A stretch of 64,000 nt of DNA, from NCBI GenBank assembly GCA_030059665.1, contig JANVYR010000001.1, positions 32,001 to 96,000 on the forward strand. The letters run 5' to 3'. Below, piece by piece: positions 46,520 through 55,950 of this stretch (within the stretch, counting starts at the first letter, position 1; every line of letters begins with the position of its first letter). The DNA comes from Candidatus Calditenuis fumarioli. Lineage in GTDB: Archaea; Thermoproteota; Nitrososphaeria_A; Caldarchaeales; Calditenuaceae. The translations under genes and the position numbers were made by a program. Below the pieces are notes generated by a model. It ran no database searches and had not been told where the DNA came from. It saw only the letters and a program-made list of their open reading frames with translations.

Positions 46520-46585
46520 TGAGATTCGACCTCTTTCTCACTCTCGTGCACTTCAACCGGAAATCTCAACTCGTAGAAATCGTTG

Positions 46586-46674
46586 AGCCCCGGGAGGGAT
46601 TCGAACCCTCGACCACCGGCTCACCCGGATCAGGGTCATACGAGGCCGGCGCTCTACCGCTGAGCTACCGGGGC
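46586..46674 (-). tRNA. tRNA-Thr(CGU) with 17-nt intron at 37/38
   Basis: GCCCCGG/CCGGGGC, U73; loop CT-CGT-A; intron 46622-46638 TGACCCTGATCCGGGTG forms a BHB (CTCG:CGGG helix); promoter TTAAA at 46704-46708. Confidence 0.95.
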
Positions 46675-46720
46675 CCTCGGCCGTATCGCCCTACCAGTTT
46701 GAATTTAACCCTCAGCCCCG

Positions 46721-47128
46721 TCAACGCCGTCTGGGCCTCGAGAGCCCCCAGCTGACCTTCTTCTCAGGAACAAGCTTGATCACCACCGCCTCGCCCTCGT
46801 CCCAGGGGTCGGCCCGGGCCCACTCGAACCTCTCGTAGAACACCTCCGAGACCCTCCTGAACTCCTCTCCGGAGGTCAGAAGCTCGACGGGCCCCTCGAC
46901 GAGGACTGCCCTGTTGGGCTTGTAGACGTCGACGACCAGCGCCGCGTAGGGGTTCCTCTCGAGGTTCCTGTGCTTCTTGGTTCCGGGATCCGTGACCATG
47001 TAGAACGCGCCGTCGAGGTAGACGTAGCAGATCGGTACGACGTGGGGCCTGCACCGCTCGTCGACCGTCGCCAAGCGGCAGAGCTCCATCCTCCTGAGGA
47101 ACTCCAGCTCGGCATCCGTGAAGCTCAC
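46721..47128 (-). CDS. Pyridoxamine 5'-phosphate oxidase-like (split-barrel flavin/F420-binding) protein
   Basis: RLATVD..RPHVVP, T..GTKK.RNL.RNP..ALVVD, VLVEG. Confidence 0.85.
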   Translation of the reverse strand: MSFTDAELEFLRRMELCRLATVDERCRPHVVPICYVYLDGAFYMVTDPGTKKHRNLERNPYAALVVDVYKPNRAVLVEGPVELLTSGEEFRRVSEVFYERFEWARADPWDEGEAVVIKLVPEKKVSWGLSRPRRR

Positions 47129-47231
47129 CGGGGCCACAACCGTCCTGCCGCACAACGGCCTAATACCGCTATCCCGATCCGCGGAGCCGGAAATTCCCGT
47201 TTATTACGCGGTGGGGAAGTGCTGGGCCGAA

Positions 47232-47681
47232 TTGTGGCTCGAGGAGTTCCGGGAGGGGATGACGCTCTCAACGCGGAGCAGAACCGTTACGCCCTCCGAT
47301 GTGGACCTCTTCGCATCGCTCACTTGGGCCGTCAACCCGATCTTCCTCAGCGACGAGGTGGCGAGGTCCAGGGGCCTTCCCGGTAGGGTCGCACCGGGAG
47401 CGCTGACCCTCTCCTACGCGATCGGCCTCCTCTACCAGACCGGAGTCTTCGACCACATACAGGCGCTGACCAGGATATCGGAGGTCGAGTTCAAGTCTCC
47501 CGTAAGGCCTGGCGACGAGATCTCGGTCGAGGCCGAGGTGGTTGAAGTCAGGGAGGTGAGGCAGGACGCCGGTGCGGTCACTTTGAGGTTCAGGGTGCAG
47601 AACCTCAGCTCCGGAAGGACCTCGCTGACCGGGTCGCTAACCGTCATCGTCCTCAAATCGAGGCCGCAGGGCTCTAAGTGA
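47232..47681 (+). CDS. MaoC-like dehydratase (hot-dog fold)
   Basis: E.FREG....RSRTVT.SD..LFA.LT...NPI...E.A, APG, F..PV.PGD.I; start refined to TTG 47232. Confidence 0.8.
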   Translation: MWLEEFREGMTLSTRSRTVTPSDVDLFASLTWAVNPIFLSDEVARSRGLPGRVAPGALTLSYAIGLLYQTGVFDHIQALTRISEVEFKSPVRPGDEISVEAEVVEVREVRQDAGAVTLRFRVQNLSSGRTSLTGSLTVIVLKSRPQGSK

Positions 47682-47752
47682 AAGAGTGCGAGCTCCCACC
47701 GGAATCGGCACTAACCGATTTATCCAGGGCCGGCGACGTGAACACGGAGAGG

Positions 47753-48466
47753 ATGGAGTTCAGGATCAGCCGGATCGCCCCGAGGGCGAAGGTCCTCGTG
47801 ACGGGCCTGCCGGACATGGGGAACGTGGCCGGGATATCGATGGAGGTACTGGTGAGGTCCTGCAACCTCGAGGAGTTCGCATCGGCCCTCGGAGACTGGC
47901 CGCCGTTCGTCACCCACACCGGCAGCATGATCAGGTTCGAGCGGGGTTGGTACAGGTTCTACGGAAGCGACGCCCACGATTTCGTCGCGCTGACCGGGAG
48001 CTATCAGCCGCCAGAGTCGAACGCGCTTTACGAGCTCTGCAACGCGGTGCTCGACCTGGCCCAGTCGATAGGCGTGGAGACCGTCATCTCGCTCGGCGCA
48101 GCCCACTTCGGCGAGGGCTTCATCGAGAACCCAAGGGTGTTCTTCGCGGCAACCTCCGAGCGGATGGCTGAGAAGGCCAGGCTTCACGGCGCTCTGCCGT
48201 TGCCTGACGAGGGTTACATCACGGGCTACAACGGGCTCATCCACGGCCTCGCGATGGAGCGGGGCATGGAGGGCCTCTGCCTGCTGGGCGAGATCGGGAA
48301 CCCGCGAGTCAGGCAGCCGGCCGCGGCCAAGGCCGTCCTCCAGGTCCTCTCCTCGATGCTGAACGTCTCGATCGACTACACCGACTTGGACAGGGAGATA
48401 GAGCAGATGAGAGCGATGAGGGCCCTCAGGAGGTGGAGGAGGGACCAGCCGCCTGGCGTCATGTGA
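47753..48466 (+). CDS. PAC2-family proteasome assembly chaperone-like protein
   Basis: GLPDMGNVAG, LTGSYQP, YELC..VL, ISLGAA, GYITGYNGL, CLLGE, P.AAKAVL..L. Confidence 0.8.
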   Translation: MEFRISRIAPRAKVLVTGLPDMGNVAGISMEVLVRSCNLEEFASALGDWPPFVTHTGSMIRFERGWYRFYGSDAHDFVALTGSYQPPESNALYELCNAVLDLAQSIGVETVISLGAAHFGEGFIENPRVFFAATSERMAEKARLHGALPLPDEGYITGYNGLIHGLAMERGMEGLCLLGEIGNPRVRQPAAAKAVLQVLSSMLNVSIDYTDLDREIEQMRAMRALRRWRRDQPPGVM

Positions 48467-49238
48467 GCCGCAGCAGCCTCCTGATCAGGTACCTGAGGTT
48501 CCAGATGGCGAAGGTCAGGACGTCGTTCAGACCGAGCTTGCTCTTGCCCGAGAGGCGCGGCCTGAACCTGATCGGCACCTCGACTATCCTTGCGCCTGCC
48601 CTGAAGTAAGCGGCGAGGGTCTCGACCTGGAAGACGTAACCCTTCGTGGAAGGCGGTATGCCGGAAAGGACCCGGAGGAGCAGCGAGGAGGAGATGGCCC
48701 TGTAGCCGCTGGTGGCGTCCCTCACCCTGACGCCAGTGCAAAGCCTCGCGAGGAGGTTCGCGCCCCTACTGACGATCTCCCTGAGGCCCTGCCCTCCCTC
48801 CCATCCTCCGCCCTCCACGTACCTGGACCCGATCGCGACGTCCGCCTCTCCGGAGAGAACAGGCATCACGAGCCTCGGAAGGTCTTTTGGGTCGTGGCTT
48901 CCGTCGGCGTCCATCTCGACCAGCACCCGGACCGATTCGTCCTCCTCCAACGCCCTCCGGAAGCCCTCGAGGTAGGCGCTTCCGATCCCGGACTTGGCCG
49001 GCCTCACGATCAGCCTCACGCGCCTCTCGGTGGACATCAGCTGCCTCACCAGCTCCGCGGTACCGTCGGGGCTGCTGTCGTCCACCACCGTCACGGTGCC
49101 GTCGAGTCCAGCCCTATTCATCGCCTCCAGGACCTCGCCGAGGACCCTGAGGACGTTGCCCGCCTCGTTGTAGGTCGGGATGATCACCGCCACCCTTCGC
49201 GGCCCTGCACCCTCTCCACCCGTGCCGGATCCGCCCAA
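48459..49238 (-). CDS. Polyprenol-phosphate mannose synthase-like GT2 glycosyltransferase
   Basis: IIPTYNE, VDDSSPDGT, MDADGSHDP, GSRYV.GG, DATSGYR, Y.FQVE. Confidence 0.9.
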   Translation of the reverse strand: MGGSGTGGEGAGPRRVAVIIPTYNEAGNVLRVLGEVLEAMNRAGLDGTVTVVDDSSPDGTAELVRQLMSTERRVRLIVRPAKSGIGSAYLEGFRRALEEDESVRVLVEMDADGSHDPKDLPRLVMPVLSGEADVAIGSRYVEGGGWEGGQGLREIVSRGANLLARLCTGVRVRDATSGYRAISSSLLLRVLSGIPPSTKGYVFQVETLAAYFRAGARIVEVPIRFRPRLSGKSKLGLNDVLTFAIWNLRYLIRRLLRLT

Positions 49239-49319
49239 GTCGCCTCCCCGGATTCCCGAACTTTCCGCTCATACCTCCTCAAAACTTAAATCTGGGGCAT
49301 GGGATCTGGTGGGCGAATA

Positions 49320-49631
49320 ATGGTGGATTCGTGTCCCACGTGCGGCCTGCCGAGGAGCCTGTGCGTCTGCCAAACGATCGCCTACGAGAAGCAGAAGGTG
49401 AAGGTCAAGCTGGAGACGAAGAAGTGGAACAAGGTCACGACCGTGATCGAGGGGCTGGCCGACTCGGGGATAGACCTGGAGGACCTGACGTCGAAGCTGA
49501 AGACGAAGTGCGCCTGCGGTGGTGCGGTCAAGAACGGCGTCATCATGCTCCAGGGCGACCAGCGGGAGAAGGTCGTGAGGATCCTCTCGCAGGAGCTCGG
49601 GATCATGCCGGAGAACATAGAGGTCATCTGA
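49320..49631 (+). CDS. Translation initiation factor aIF-1 (SUI1) homolog
   Basis: CPTCGLP..LCVC, K.VT.IEG, LK.KCACGG.VK, LQGDQR. Confidence 0.93.
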   Translation: MVDSCPTCGLPRSLCVCQTIAYEKQKVKVKLETKKWNKVTTVIEGLADSGIDLEDLTSKLKTKCACGGAVKNGVIMLQGDQREKVVRILSQELGIMPENIEVI

Positions 49632-49709
49632 GGTCGTTCGTCATAGGTATGGCTGGGAAGGAGAGGACGATAAAACGGAGAAGAAACGAAGCGAACGGCT
49701 ACGCGCCTA

Positions 49710-50663
49710 TCAGCCGGAGACCTCTGCGGGCTGCTTCCCCTCGAGGACCTCCTTCAAACCCTTGAACCTGTTCCTCACCGTTACCTCGGTGACGCCCGCG
49801 GCCCTCGCGATGTCCTTCTGGGTCACGTTCTGCATCGTCTCCTGGCAGGCCATGTAGAGCGCTGCGGCCGCTATGCCGACCGGGTCCTTCCCGATGGTGG
49901 CACCCCGCTTCGCGGCCTCCTTGAGCAGCCTGATCGCCTCCTGCACCGTCCGCTCGTCGACGTTGACCTTCGAGGCTATCTTGGAGACGTAGATCGACGG
50001 ATCCGTGACGGGCACCTTCAGGTTCAGGTGCTTCAGCATCAACCGGTAACCCTGCGCGATCGTCTTCCTCTTCACGAGCGGGTACGCCTTCTCGAACTCC
50101 CTCAGGTCCCTCGGCACACCGCTGAGCCTGCAGGCAGCGTAGACCGCAGCCGCCATGATGCTCCTGATCGACCTGCCCCTGACGAGCCCTGCCTTGAGCG
50201 CCTTCCTGTAGATCAGCATCGCCTGCTCAGCGACTGACTGGGGAAGGTTCAGCTTGTCCATGTAGATGCCGAGGATGTTCGCCGCCTGCTGGAGGTTCCT
50301 GGTCTCGGACGCGTTGACCTGCGAGGTCTGGTCGAGCTTCTTCAGCCTCAGCATCTTCTCCTTCGCCTCCTTCGGGAGCTTCCTTCCTCCGGCGTCCTCG
50401 CTGGTCTGGTCGATCACCGTCGAGAGCCCGAAGTCCTTGTACATGATCGAGAGCGGAGCGCCGGCCCTGGCCTTGCTTCCCTCTCCCTCCTCGACGTTCC
50501 TCCACTCCGGTCCCCTGTTGACGCCGCGCTCTATGACGACCGCACCGCACTCCTGGCATGAGACCTCTCCCGTGACCGGATCGGTGACGAGCTTCGTGCT
50601 GCCGCACTCCGGGCACATCAGGTCCTCCCTCCAAGCCCTTACCTTACCGCTCATCTGGTCCAC
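49710..50663 (-). CDS. tfb: Transcription initiation factor IIB
   Basis: Zn ribbon CPECG..CQECG, GPEWR, RVGAP-like RAGAP, cyclin repeats, GKDP.G.AAAA.Y, A.VTEVTVRNR. Confidence 0.96.
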   Translation of the reverse strand: MDQMSGKVRAWREDLMCPECGSTKLVTDPVTGEVSCQECGAVVIERGVNRGPEWRNVEEGEGSKARAGAPLSIMYKDFGLSTVIDQTSEDAGGRKLPKEAKEKMLRLKKLDQTSQVNASETRNLQQAANILGIYMDKLNLPQSVAEQAMLIYRKALKAGLVRGRSIRSIMAAAVYAACRLSGVPRDLREFEKAYPLVKRKTIAQGYRLMLKHLNLKVPVTDPSIYVSKIASKVNVDERTVQEAIRLLKEAAKRGATIGKDPVGIAAAALYMACQETMQNVTQKDIARAAGVTEVTVRNRFKGLKEVLEGKQPAEVSG

Positions 50664-50771
50664 CTACCTCCGACAGGGTTTATGCGGAACCCCATCAACC
50701 ACAAATAAGTTTTACCTTTAGATAAATGTTGCGGTAAATGGCGTGCCGGCGTTATTCCGGTATCACTTGAA

Positions 50772-52199
50772 TTAGCTCCGATCGGCCCTCGGACCTGTAA
50801 CGCGCCACCTCGGGCCCCTGGACGTGTCCTCAACGACGATGCCGAGCGCGGAGAGCCCTGACCTTATCGAGTCGGCGAGGTCGAACCGGCGTTCTCGCCT
50901 CAGGGTCTCCCTCACCTCCAGCAGGAGGCCGAGGACGCCCTCCAGTAGCCTGCTCTCGGAGGCCCGCTCCTCCGGCAGGATGCCGAGCAACCCGTCCGCA
51001 ACGGCCATCAACCCCTCCGCCTCGACCAGAACGCTGCGGGAGACCTCCTCGCTGTCCTCGAGGTACCTCGCGAGAAGGCGGGTGCCCGCGTGGAGCGACG
51101 CGAGGGCCTCGGGCGTGTTCAGGTCGTCCTCCAGCTGTCCGACGAACGAGTCCCGAAGAGTCCTCAAACGTCCGGCGACCTCCGCGTCCCGCTCCGACTC
51201 CTCGTCCCTGACGTCCCTACGCCGCAGCTCGTCGACGACCGAGACTATGCCGTCAAGGGCCCTCGAGGCCGACTCGAGCTTCTCCCAGTCGAACTCGATG
51301 GGGCTCCTGTAGTGCGACGCCGCGTAGAAGTACCTGAGCTCCTCGGCCCTGAACCTCCTCAGCACTTCTCTTATCGTGACGATGTTCCCGAGCGACTTGG
51401 ACATCTTCTCTCCTCCCACGGTTAGTAGGCCGGTGTGGACCCAGAACCTGCTGAAGGGAGCGACGCCGGAGTAGGCCTCTGCCTGGACCCGTTCCGCCTC
51501 GTGGTGCGGGAAGATCAGCTCGATCGCGCCTCCGTGTATGTCCAGCTGGGGTCCGAAGTAGGTGAGGATGATCGCGGTGTCCTCTATGTGCCAACCCGGC
51601 CTCCCGTACCCCCACGGCGAGTCCCACCCCAGCTCCTCTTTGGGCCTCCGCTTCCAGAGCGCGAAGTCCTGGGGTCGCTTCTTGGTCGGATCGGGCTCGA
51701 TCCTGTGGACGCTCAGCTCCTCCGGCTCCCTTCCCGACAGCTCTCCGTATGGCCCGAAGGCAGAGGTGTCGAAGTAGACGCCGGTCTCCGTGACGTACGC
51801 GAAACCCTTCCTAAGCAGCTCCTCGATGACCGAGATGATCTCGTCGATGTGTTCCGATGCCCTGGCGAAGAGGTTTACGCTGGAGATCCTCAGGTCCCTC
51901 AGGTCCTCCATGAAGTACCTCTCGAACTCCCTCGCGTGCTCGATCGGGTCTACACCACGCTCTGCTGCACGTTGGATGATCTTGTCGTCCACGTCGGTGA
52001 TGTTCATCAGGTAGAAGAGCGAGTACCCCCGGAACCTCAGCAACCTCGCGAGGAAGTCGTAGGAGATGTAGGTCCTCGCGTGGCCGACGTGGGAGTAATC
52101 GTACACCGTGGGACCGCAAACGTACATCTTCACCCTGTTGGACCTCGCTGGCCTGAACTCCTCAACCCTCCTGGTCAGGGAGTTGTAGAGCCGCAGCAC
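50772..52199 (-). CDS. cysS: Cysteine--tRNA ligase
   Basis: MYVCGPTVY..H.GHAR, NITDVDDKII, DFALWK, GRPGWHIE, FPHHE, KMSKSLGN. Confidence 0.97.
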   Translation of the reverse strand: MLRLYNSLTRRVEEFRPARSNRVKMYVCGPTVYDYSHVGHARTYISYDFLARLLRFRGYSLFYLMNITDVDDKIIQRAAERGVDPIEHAREFERYFMEDLRDLRISSVNLFARASEHIDEIISVIEELLRKGFAYVTETGVYFDTSAFGPYGELSGREPEELSVHRIEPDPTKKRPQDFALWKRRPKEELGWDSPWGYGRPGWHIEDTAIILTYFGPQLDIHGGAIELIFPHHEAERVQAEAYSGVAPFSRFWVHTGLLTVGGEKMSKSLGNIVTIREVLRRFRAEELRYFYAASHYRSPIEFDWEKLESASRALDGIVSVVDELRRRDVRDEESERDAEVAGRLRTLRDSFVGQLEDDLNTPEALASLHAGTRLLARYLEDSEEVSRSVLVEAEGLMAVADGLLGILPEERASESRLLEGVLGLLLEVRETLRRERRFDLADSIRSGLSALGIVVEDTSRGPRWRVTGPRADRS

Positions 52200-52302
52200 A
52201 ATCGGTCATGCACCTTCCCCGCATCACCTCCGGCTACTCATCTACCTTTTCCCGGAGGAGGGCGTTCCGAACAGGGCGAGCACCGGCATTTCTCCACCGC
52301 CG

Positions 52303-53652
52303 TTGCCGAGGGGAAAGCGATATGTGTGGTTCCCGGATCTGGACCTGGAGTTGAGAGTCTTCGCGGACCTGCAGATCCACTCCAGGTACTCGGGAGCCAC
52401 GTCGGGCAACATGAACCTGGACGAGCTGACGCACTACGCGGACCTGAAGGGGATAGACCTGCTCGGCACAGGGGACGCGCTACACCCGGCCTGGCTGAGG
52501 GAGCTGAGGGAGAACCTGGAGGAGGAGGCGCCGGGGATCTACCGGTACCGGCGTGGAGGGAGGGTCAGGTTCCTGGTCCAGACGGAGGTCGCGACGGTCC
52601 ACGAGCACGCGGGGAAGGTGAGACGGATCCACCACGTGATACTGATGAGGTCGCTGGAGGTCGCCGAGCAGCTCTCCTACGCCCTGAGAAGGTTCGGTGA
52701 CGTTTCCTCCGATGGGAGGCCAGTGCTGAACGTCCATCCCGCGGAGCTCGTGGACGTGGTGCTTTCCACCGACAGCAGGTCCTACCTCTTCCCAGCCCAC
52801 GCCTGGACTCCCTGGTGGTCCGTCTTCGGAGCGATAGGCGGGGTCGACAAAATCGAGGAGTGCTACGCCGACAGGTCGGACAGGATTCACGCCATCGAGA
52901 CCGGCCTCAGCAGCGACCCGCCGATGAACTGGAGGGTGAGCTGGCTGGACCGCTTCCTGCTGCTGAGCTCATCCGACGCGCACAGCCCTTACCCCTATCG
53001 GCTCGGCCGCGAGATGGTGGTCTTCGAGCTGGGGGAACTCAGCTACGAGGAGGTCCTCAGGGCCCTGACGAGGTATCCCGGCAACTCGAGGGTCGTGATG
53101 ACGGTGGAGGTCCCTCCGAGCTACGGGAAGTACCACTGGTCGGGCCACAGGAGGTGCGGTGTGGGGCCGCTCCCTCCTGAGAAGGCGAGGGCGCTGAACT
53201 ACAGGTGCCCCAGGTGCGGCAGGAAGCTCACGAAGGGCGTCGAGGACCGGGTCGAGGAGCTCGCCGACAGGCCGCCGGGTTACAGGCCCGAGAACGCGGT
53301 GGACTTCGTGTACGCGCTGCCGCTACAGGAGCTGATAGCGCTGTCGATGGGGGAGGACCCGACCGCCACTAACCTGATGTCGAAGAGGATCTGGGGCGAG
53401 TACGTGAGGCTGGTGAACGCCTTCGGCAGCGAGGTGGAGGTCCTCCTGAGGGCACCGGTCGAGAAGGTGGCCGAGATCGGTGGCCCTCTGCTCGGCAGAC
53501 TGATCTCGATGATGCGGAGGGGTCAGCTCCAGGTGATTCCGGGGTACGACGGCGTCTACGGCAGGCTAGTTCTTCCGGAGGACCTGAGACCGGGGAGGGC
53601 GAGGCGCAGGTCGAGGGGCCCAGCTGACGGCCAGCTCGACGCGTTCGTTTAG
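52303..53652 (+). CDS. Endonuclease Q family (PHP domain + Zn ribbon)
   Basis: ADLQIHS.YS, GTGD..HP.W, PAHAWTPW.S, ETGLSSDP.MN, SDAHS, GKYH..GHR.C, CP.CG..KGV..RV, PGYDG.YG; start may be 52324. Confidence 0.88.
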   Translation: MPRGKRYVWFPDLDLELRVFADLQIHSRYSGATSGNMNLDELTHYADLKGIDLLGTGDALHPAWLRELRENLEEEAPGIYRYRRGGRVRFLVQTEVATVHEHAGKVRRIHHVILMRSLEVAEQLSYALRRFGDVSSDGRPVLNVHPAELVDVVLSTDSRSYLFPAHAWTPWWSVFGAIGGVDKIEECYADRSDRIHAIETGLSSDPPMNWRVSWLDRFLLLSSSDAHSPYPYRLGREMVVFELGELSYEEVLRALTRYPGNSRVVMTVEVPPSYGKYHWSGHRRCGVGPLPPEKARALNYRCPRCGRKLTKGVEDRVEELADRPPGYRPENAVDFVYALPLQELIALSMGEDPTATNLMSKRIWGEYVRLVNAFGSEVEVLLRAPVEKVAEIGGPLLGRLISMMRRGQLQVIPGYDGVYGRLVLPEDLRPGRARRRSRGPADGQLDAFV

Positions 53653-53658
53653 CCCACC

Positions 53659-55569
53659 TCAGTCGCCTGCGAGGTGGATTGAGTCCAGGTTCTTCGGCGC
53701 GTATATCGAGGCCCCGGGCACGACCTTCCGTGCGACCGAGGAGATCGATCCGACCGCCTCCGGCTCGCCGTGGACGAAGACCAGGTTCCTCGGCTTCGGG
53801 CTGACCCGCTTCATGTAGGCGATCAGCTGCTGCCTGCTCGAGTGCCCGGAGAAGCCCTCGATCTTCTCGACCTGCATGCGAACCGTCAGCGGCTCGTACT
53901 TCCCCTCCTCGTTCATTATCTGGACCTCCCTCATCCCCTTCAGTATCTTCCGGCCGAGGGTACCCTCCACCTGGTAGCTCACGAAGAGGAGCAGGTTCCG
54001 CTCGTCGCCGCAGAGCTTCCTGAAGTAGGACAGCACCGGCCCTCCCTCCATCATGCCCGACGTCGCGAGGATCACCGCTGGCTCCCTCGACTCCAGGACC
54101 TCAGCCCTCTGCTGCGGGCTCCTCACCAGCGTGAAGTAGTCGGAGAGGAAGACGTTACCGACCTCAGCCATCTCCTTCTGCAGCCTCGGCGACATGTACT
54201 CGGGGAACATCATGTGGATGGCCGTCGACTCGATCAGGAGGCCGTCCGCGAATATCGGGACCTCCCTCAGCTTCTTCTCCTCGAAGAGCCTCCTGAGCAC
54301 CAGCATCACCTCCTGGGCCCTTCCCACCGCCGGCACCGGCATCAGCACCTGACCTCCCCTCTCGACGGTGCGGGAGATGTGCTCGCCCAGCAGCCTCACC
54401 GCCTCCTCCCTGGTGTAGGGCACAGGCGTGGCTCCGTAGGTGCTCTCCATTATCAGCGTCTCCATCCGGGGGAACTTCGTCACCGCAGGCCCGAGCATCT
54501 CCGTCTCCTCGTACTTGAAGTCCCCGGTGTAGACCACGTTGTAGAAGCCCTCGTCGAAGTGGAGGTGGGCTATGGCGGAGCCTATGATGTGGCCCGCGTT
54601 GTAGAACGTGAGCCTGATGTCCGGGGTTATGTTGGTCACCACGCCGTACTTCAGGGTGGTGACGTACTGGGCCATCACCCTCACGTCGTTCTCGGAGTAG
54701 GGAGCCATCTCGCCCTCCTTCCCCATCAGGTTCAGGTAGTCCAGGTGCTCCATGATCATCAGCGGAAGCGTCGGCTCCGTCATGTACACCGGCCCCCTGT
54801 ACCCGTACTTGAACAGCAGCGGCAGAGCTCCGTGGTGGTCCATGTGGGAGTGCGTGATGACGACCGCGTCGAGCTCGTCTATCAGTTCAGGCCGCGCATC
54901 GAAGCGTGGGAAGGCCTCGGAGACCCTCGAGGCGCCTGCATTTATCCCTGCGTCGAGCAGGACCTTGCTCTCCTTCGTCTCCACGAGGACGCAGGAGCGG
55001 CCGACCTGTAGGCCTCCGCCGAGGAAGGTCAGCCGGACCTCGTTCCCCTGGAGGATCCTGTCCCGGAAGACCCGCTCGCCGATGGAGCGGAGGATCTCGA
55101 GCCTCTCGGATCCAGCGCCGTAGATGTACTTCCTGACCTTCTCCACCGTGGTGGAGGTCATCGGCGGCTCCCTGTTGACGACGACCACCCAATTGAGCCT
55201 CCGCTCGAGCTCCGAGATGACCGACTCGTCTATCGGGACCACGACGTCCCTCGTCTTTATCGTGAGCACCACCTCGCCCAGCTCCTCGTCTATCCTGAGC
55301 GAGTACTGGTGTCCGGAGAAGGCCTCCGCGACGGCCCTCTCCACTTCCTCCCGGGGTGCCCTGATGGACGGGTCGGGCCTGACGATCACGCGCTTCTTGA
55401 TCAGGTTGACCAGCTCCCGCGCTATCCTGTTCCTTTCGGCGAAGACCTCCGGCCTGTCGGTGTATATCGCTATCCGGGGCCCCTCGAAGTCGAGCTTCGT
55501 CGCTACCCTCTGGCCGTTCCCGATCGTGGCTAGATACCGGAATATCTCGTCCCTGAGCGCACTGAACAT
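53659..55569 (-). CDS. fttA: KH-domain beta-CASP ribonuclease aCPSF1 (transcription termination factor FttA)
   Basis: N-terminal KH domains, LGGG.QVGRS, THSHMDH.G, AGHIIGS, GDF, AVGRAQE, FSGHS, VHGE. Confidence 0.95.
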   Translation of the reverse strand: MFSALRDEIFRYLATIGNGQRVATKLDFEGPRIAIYTDRPEVFAERNRIARELVNLIKKRVIVRPDPSIRAPREEVERAVAEAFSGHQYSLRIDEELGEVVLTIKTRDVVVPIDESVISELERRLNWVVVVNREPPMTSTTVEKVRKYIYGAGSERLEILRSIGERVFRDRILQGNEVRLTFLGGGLQVGRSCVLVETKESKVLLDAGINAGASRVSEAFPRFDARPELIDELDAVVITHSHMDHHGALPLLFKYGYRGPVYMTEPTLPLMIMEHLDYLNLMGKEGEMAPYSENDVRVMAQYVTTLKYGVVTNITPDIRLTFYNAGHIIGSAIAHLHFDEGFYNVVYTGDFKYEETEMLGPAVTKFPRMETLIMESTYGATPVPYTREEAVRLLGEHISRTVERGGQVLMPVPAVGRAQEVMLVLRRLFEEKKLREVPIFADGLLIESTAIHMMFPEYMSPRLQKEMAEVGNVFLSDYFTLVRSPQQRAEVLESREPAVILATSGMMEGGPVLSYFRKLCGDERNLLLFVSYQVEGTLGRKILKGMREVQIMNEEGKYEPLTVRMQVEKIEGFSGHSSRQQLIAYMKRVSPKPRNLVFVHGEPEAVGSISSVARKVVPGASIYAPKNLDSIHLAGD

Positions 55570-55719
55570 GCTTGATCCATCACCACCGGATAGGGCTTAG
55601 CCCTGCCCGATCAGATGGAGGGCCGGTTATTAGCGTTTCTTCACGCTGCGGTCCCACGCGATCATCGGGTAGCACGGACTCTCAATTCCCATTCGCCGGA
55701 TCACGTTGCTATCAAATTC

Positions 55720-55824
55720 TGCCGGGGGTGGGATTCGAACCCACGACAACCGCGTCTCCCATCGAACCCGATTATGAGCGCGGCCCTGTGGCCGTGAGCC
55801 TCTGGCCAGCTGAGGTACCCCGGC
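55720..55824 (-). tRNA. Elongator tRNA-Met(CAU) with two introns (22/23 and 37/38)
   Basis: GCCGGGG/CCCCGGC, A73; D-stem CCTC/GAGG; intron 1 55788-55801 (GGCC:GGCC BHB helix); intron 2 55756-55772 (CTCA:TGGG helix); anticodon stem CCGCG/CGCGG. Confidence 0.92.
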
Positions 55825-55950
55825 CGATCAGGAGTTCCTCCGACCCTACTCATTAACTTACACTGGACCGAACTCCGACCACCAGCACGCGGAGCCGTGT
55901 TCGGGGCATGAGGAGTCGCCGCCTGGTCACGGCCCGGTGAAAGGCGCGCC

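Larger units (their letters stand above)
44700..46585. mobile_element. Low-GC two-gene islet between convergent tRNA 3' ends
   Basis: Visibly AT-rich sequence and codon usage relative to flanks; bounded by tRNA-Gly-like and tRNA-Thr; no integrase or att repeat seen. Confidence 0.5.

Noticed and set aside
44656-46676. GGGCCCCGG in the tRNA-Gly-like loop is identical to the tRNA-Thr 5' leader/acceptor start
   Set aside because: An all-G/C 9-mer is expected several times by chance in a GC-rich 64-kb window; not an att site
55592-55669. CCCGATGA...GTGAAGA...CTGATCGGG downstream of tRNA-Met, plus AGGGC-TAA-GCCCT hairpin before fttA
   Set aside because: No D' box, D guide too long (23 nt), and the region contains the fttA promoter; a tRNA-sRNA co-transcript is unsupported without RNA data
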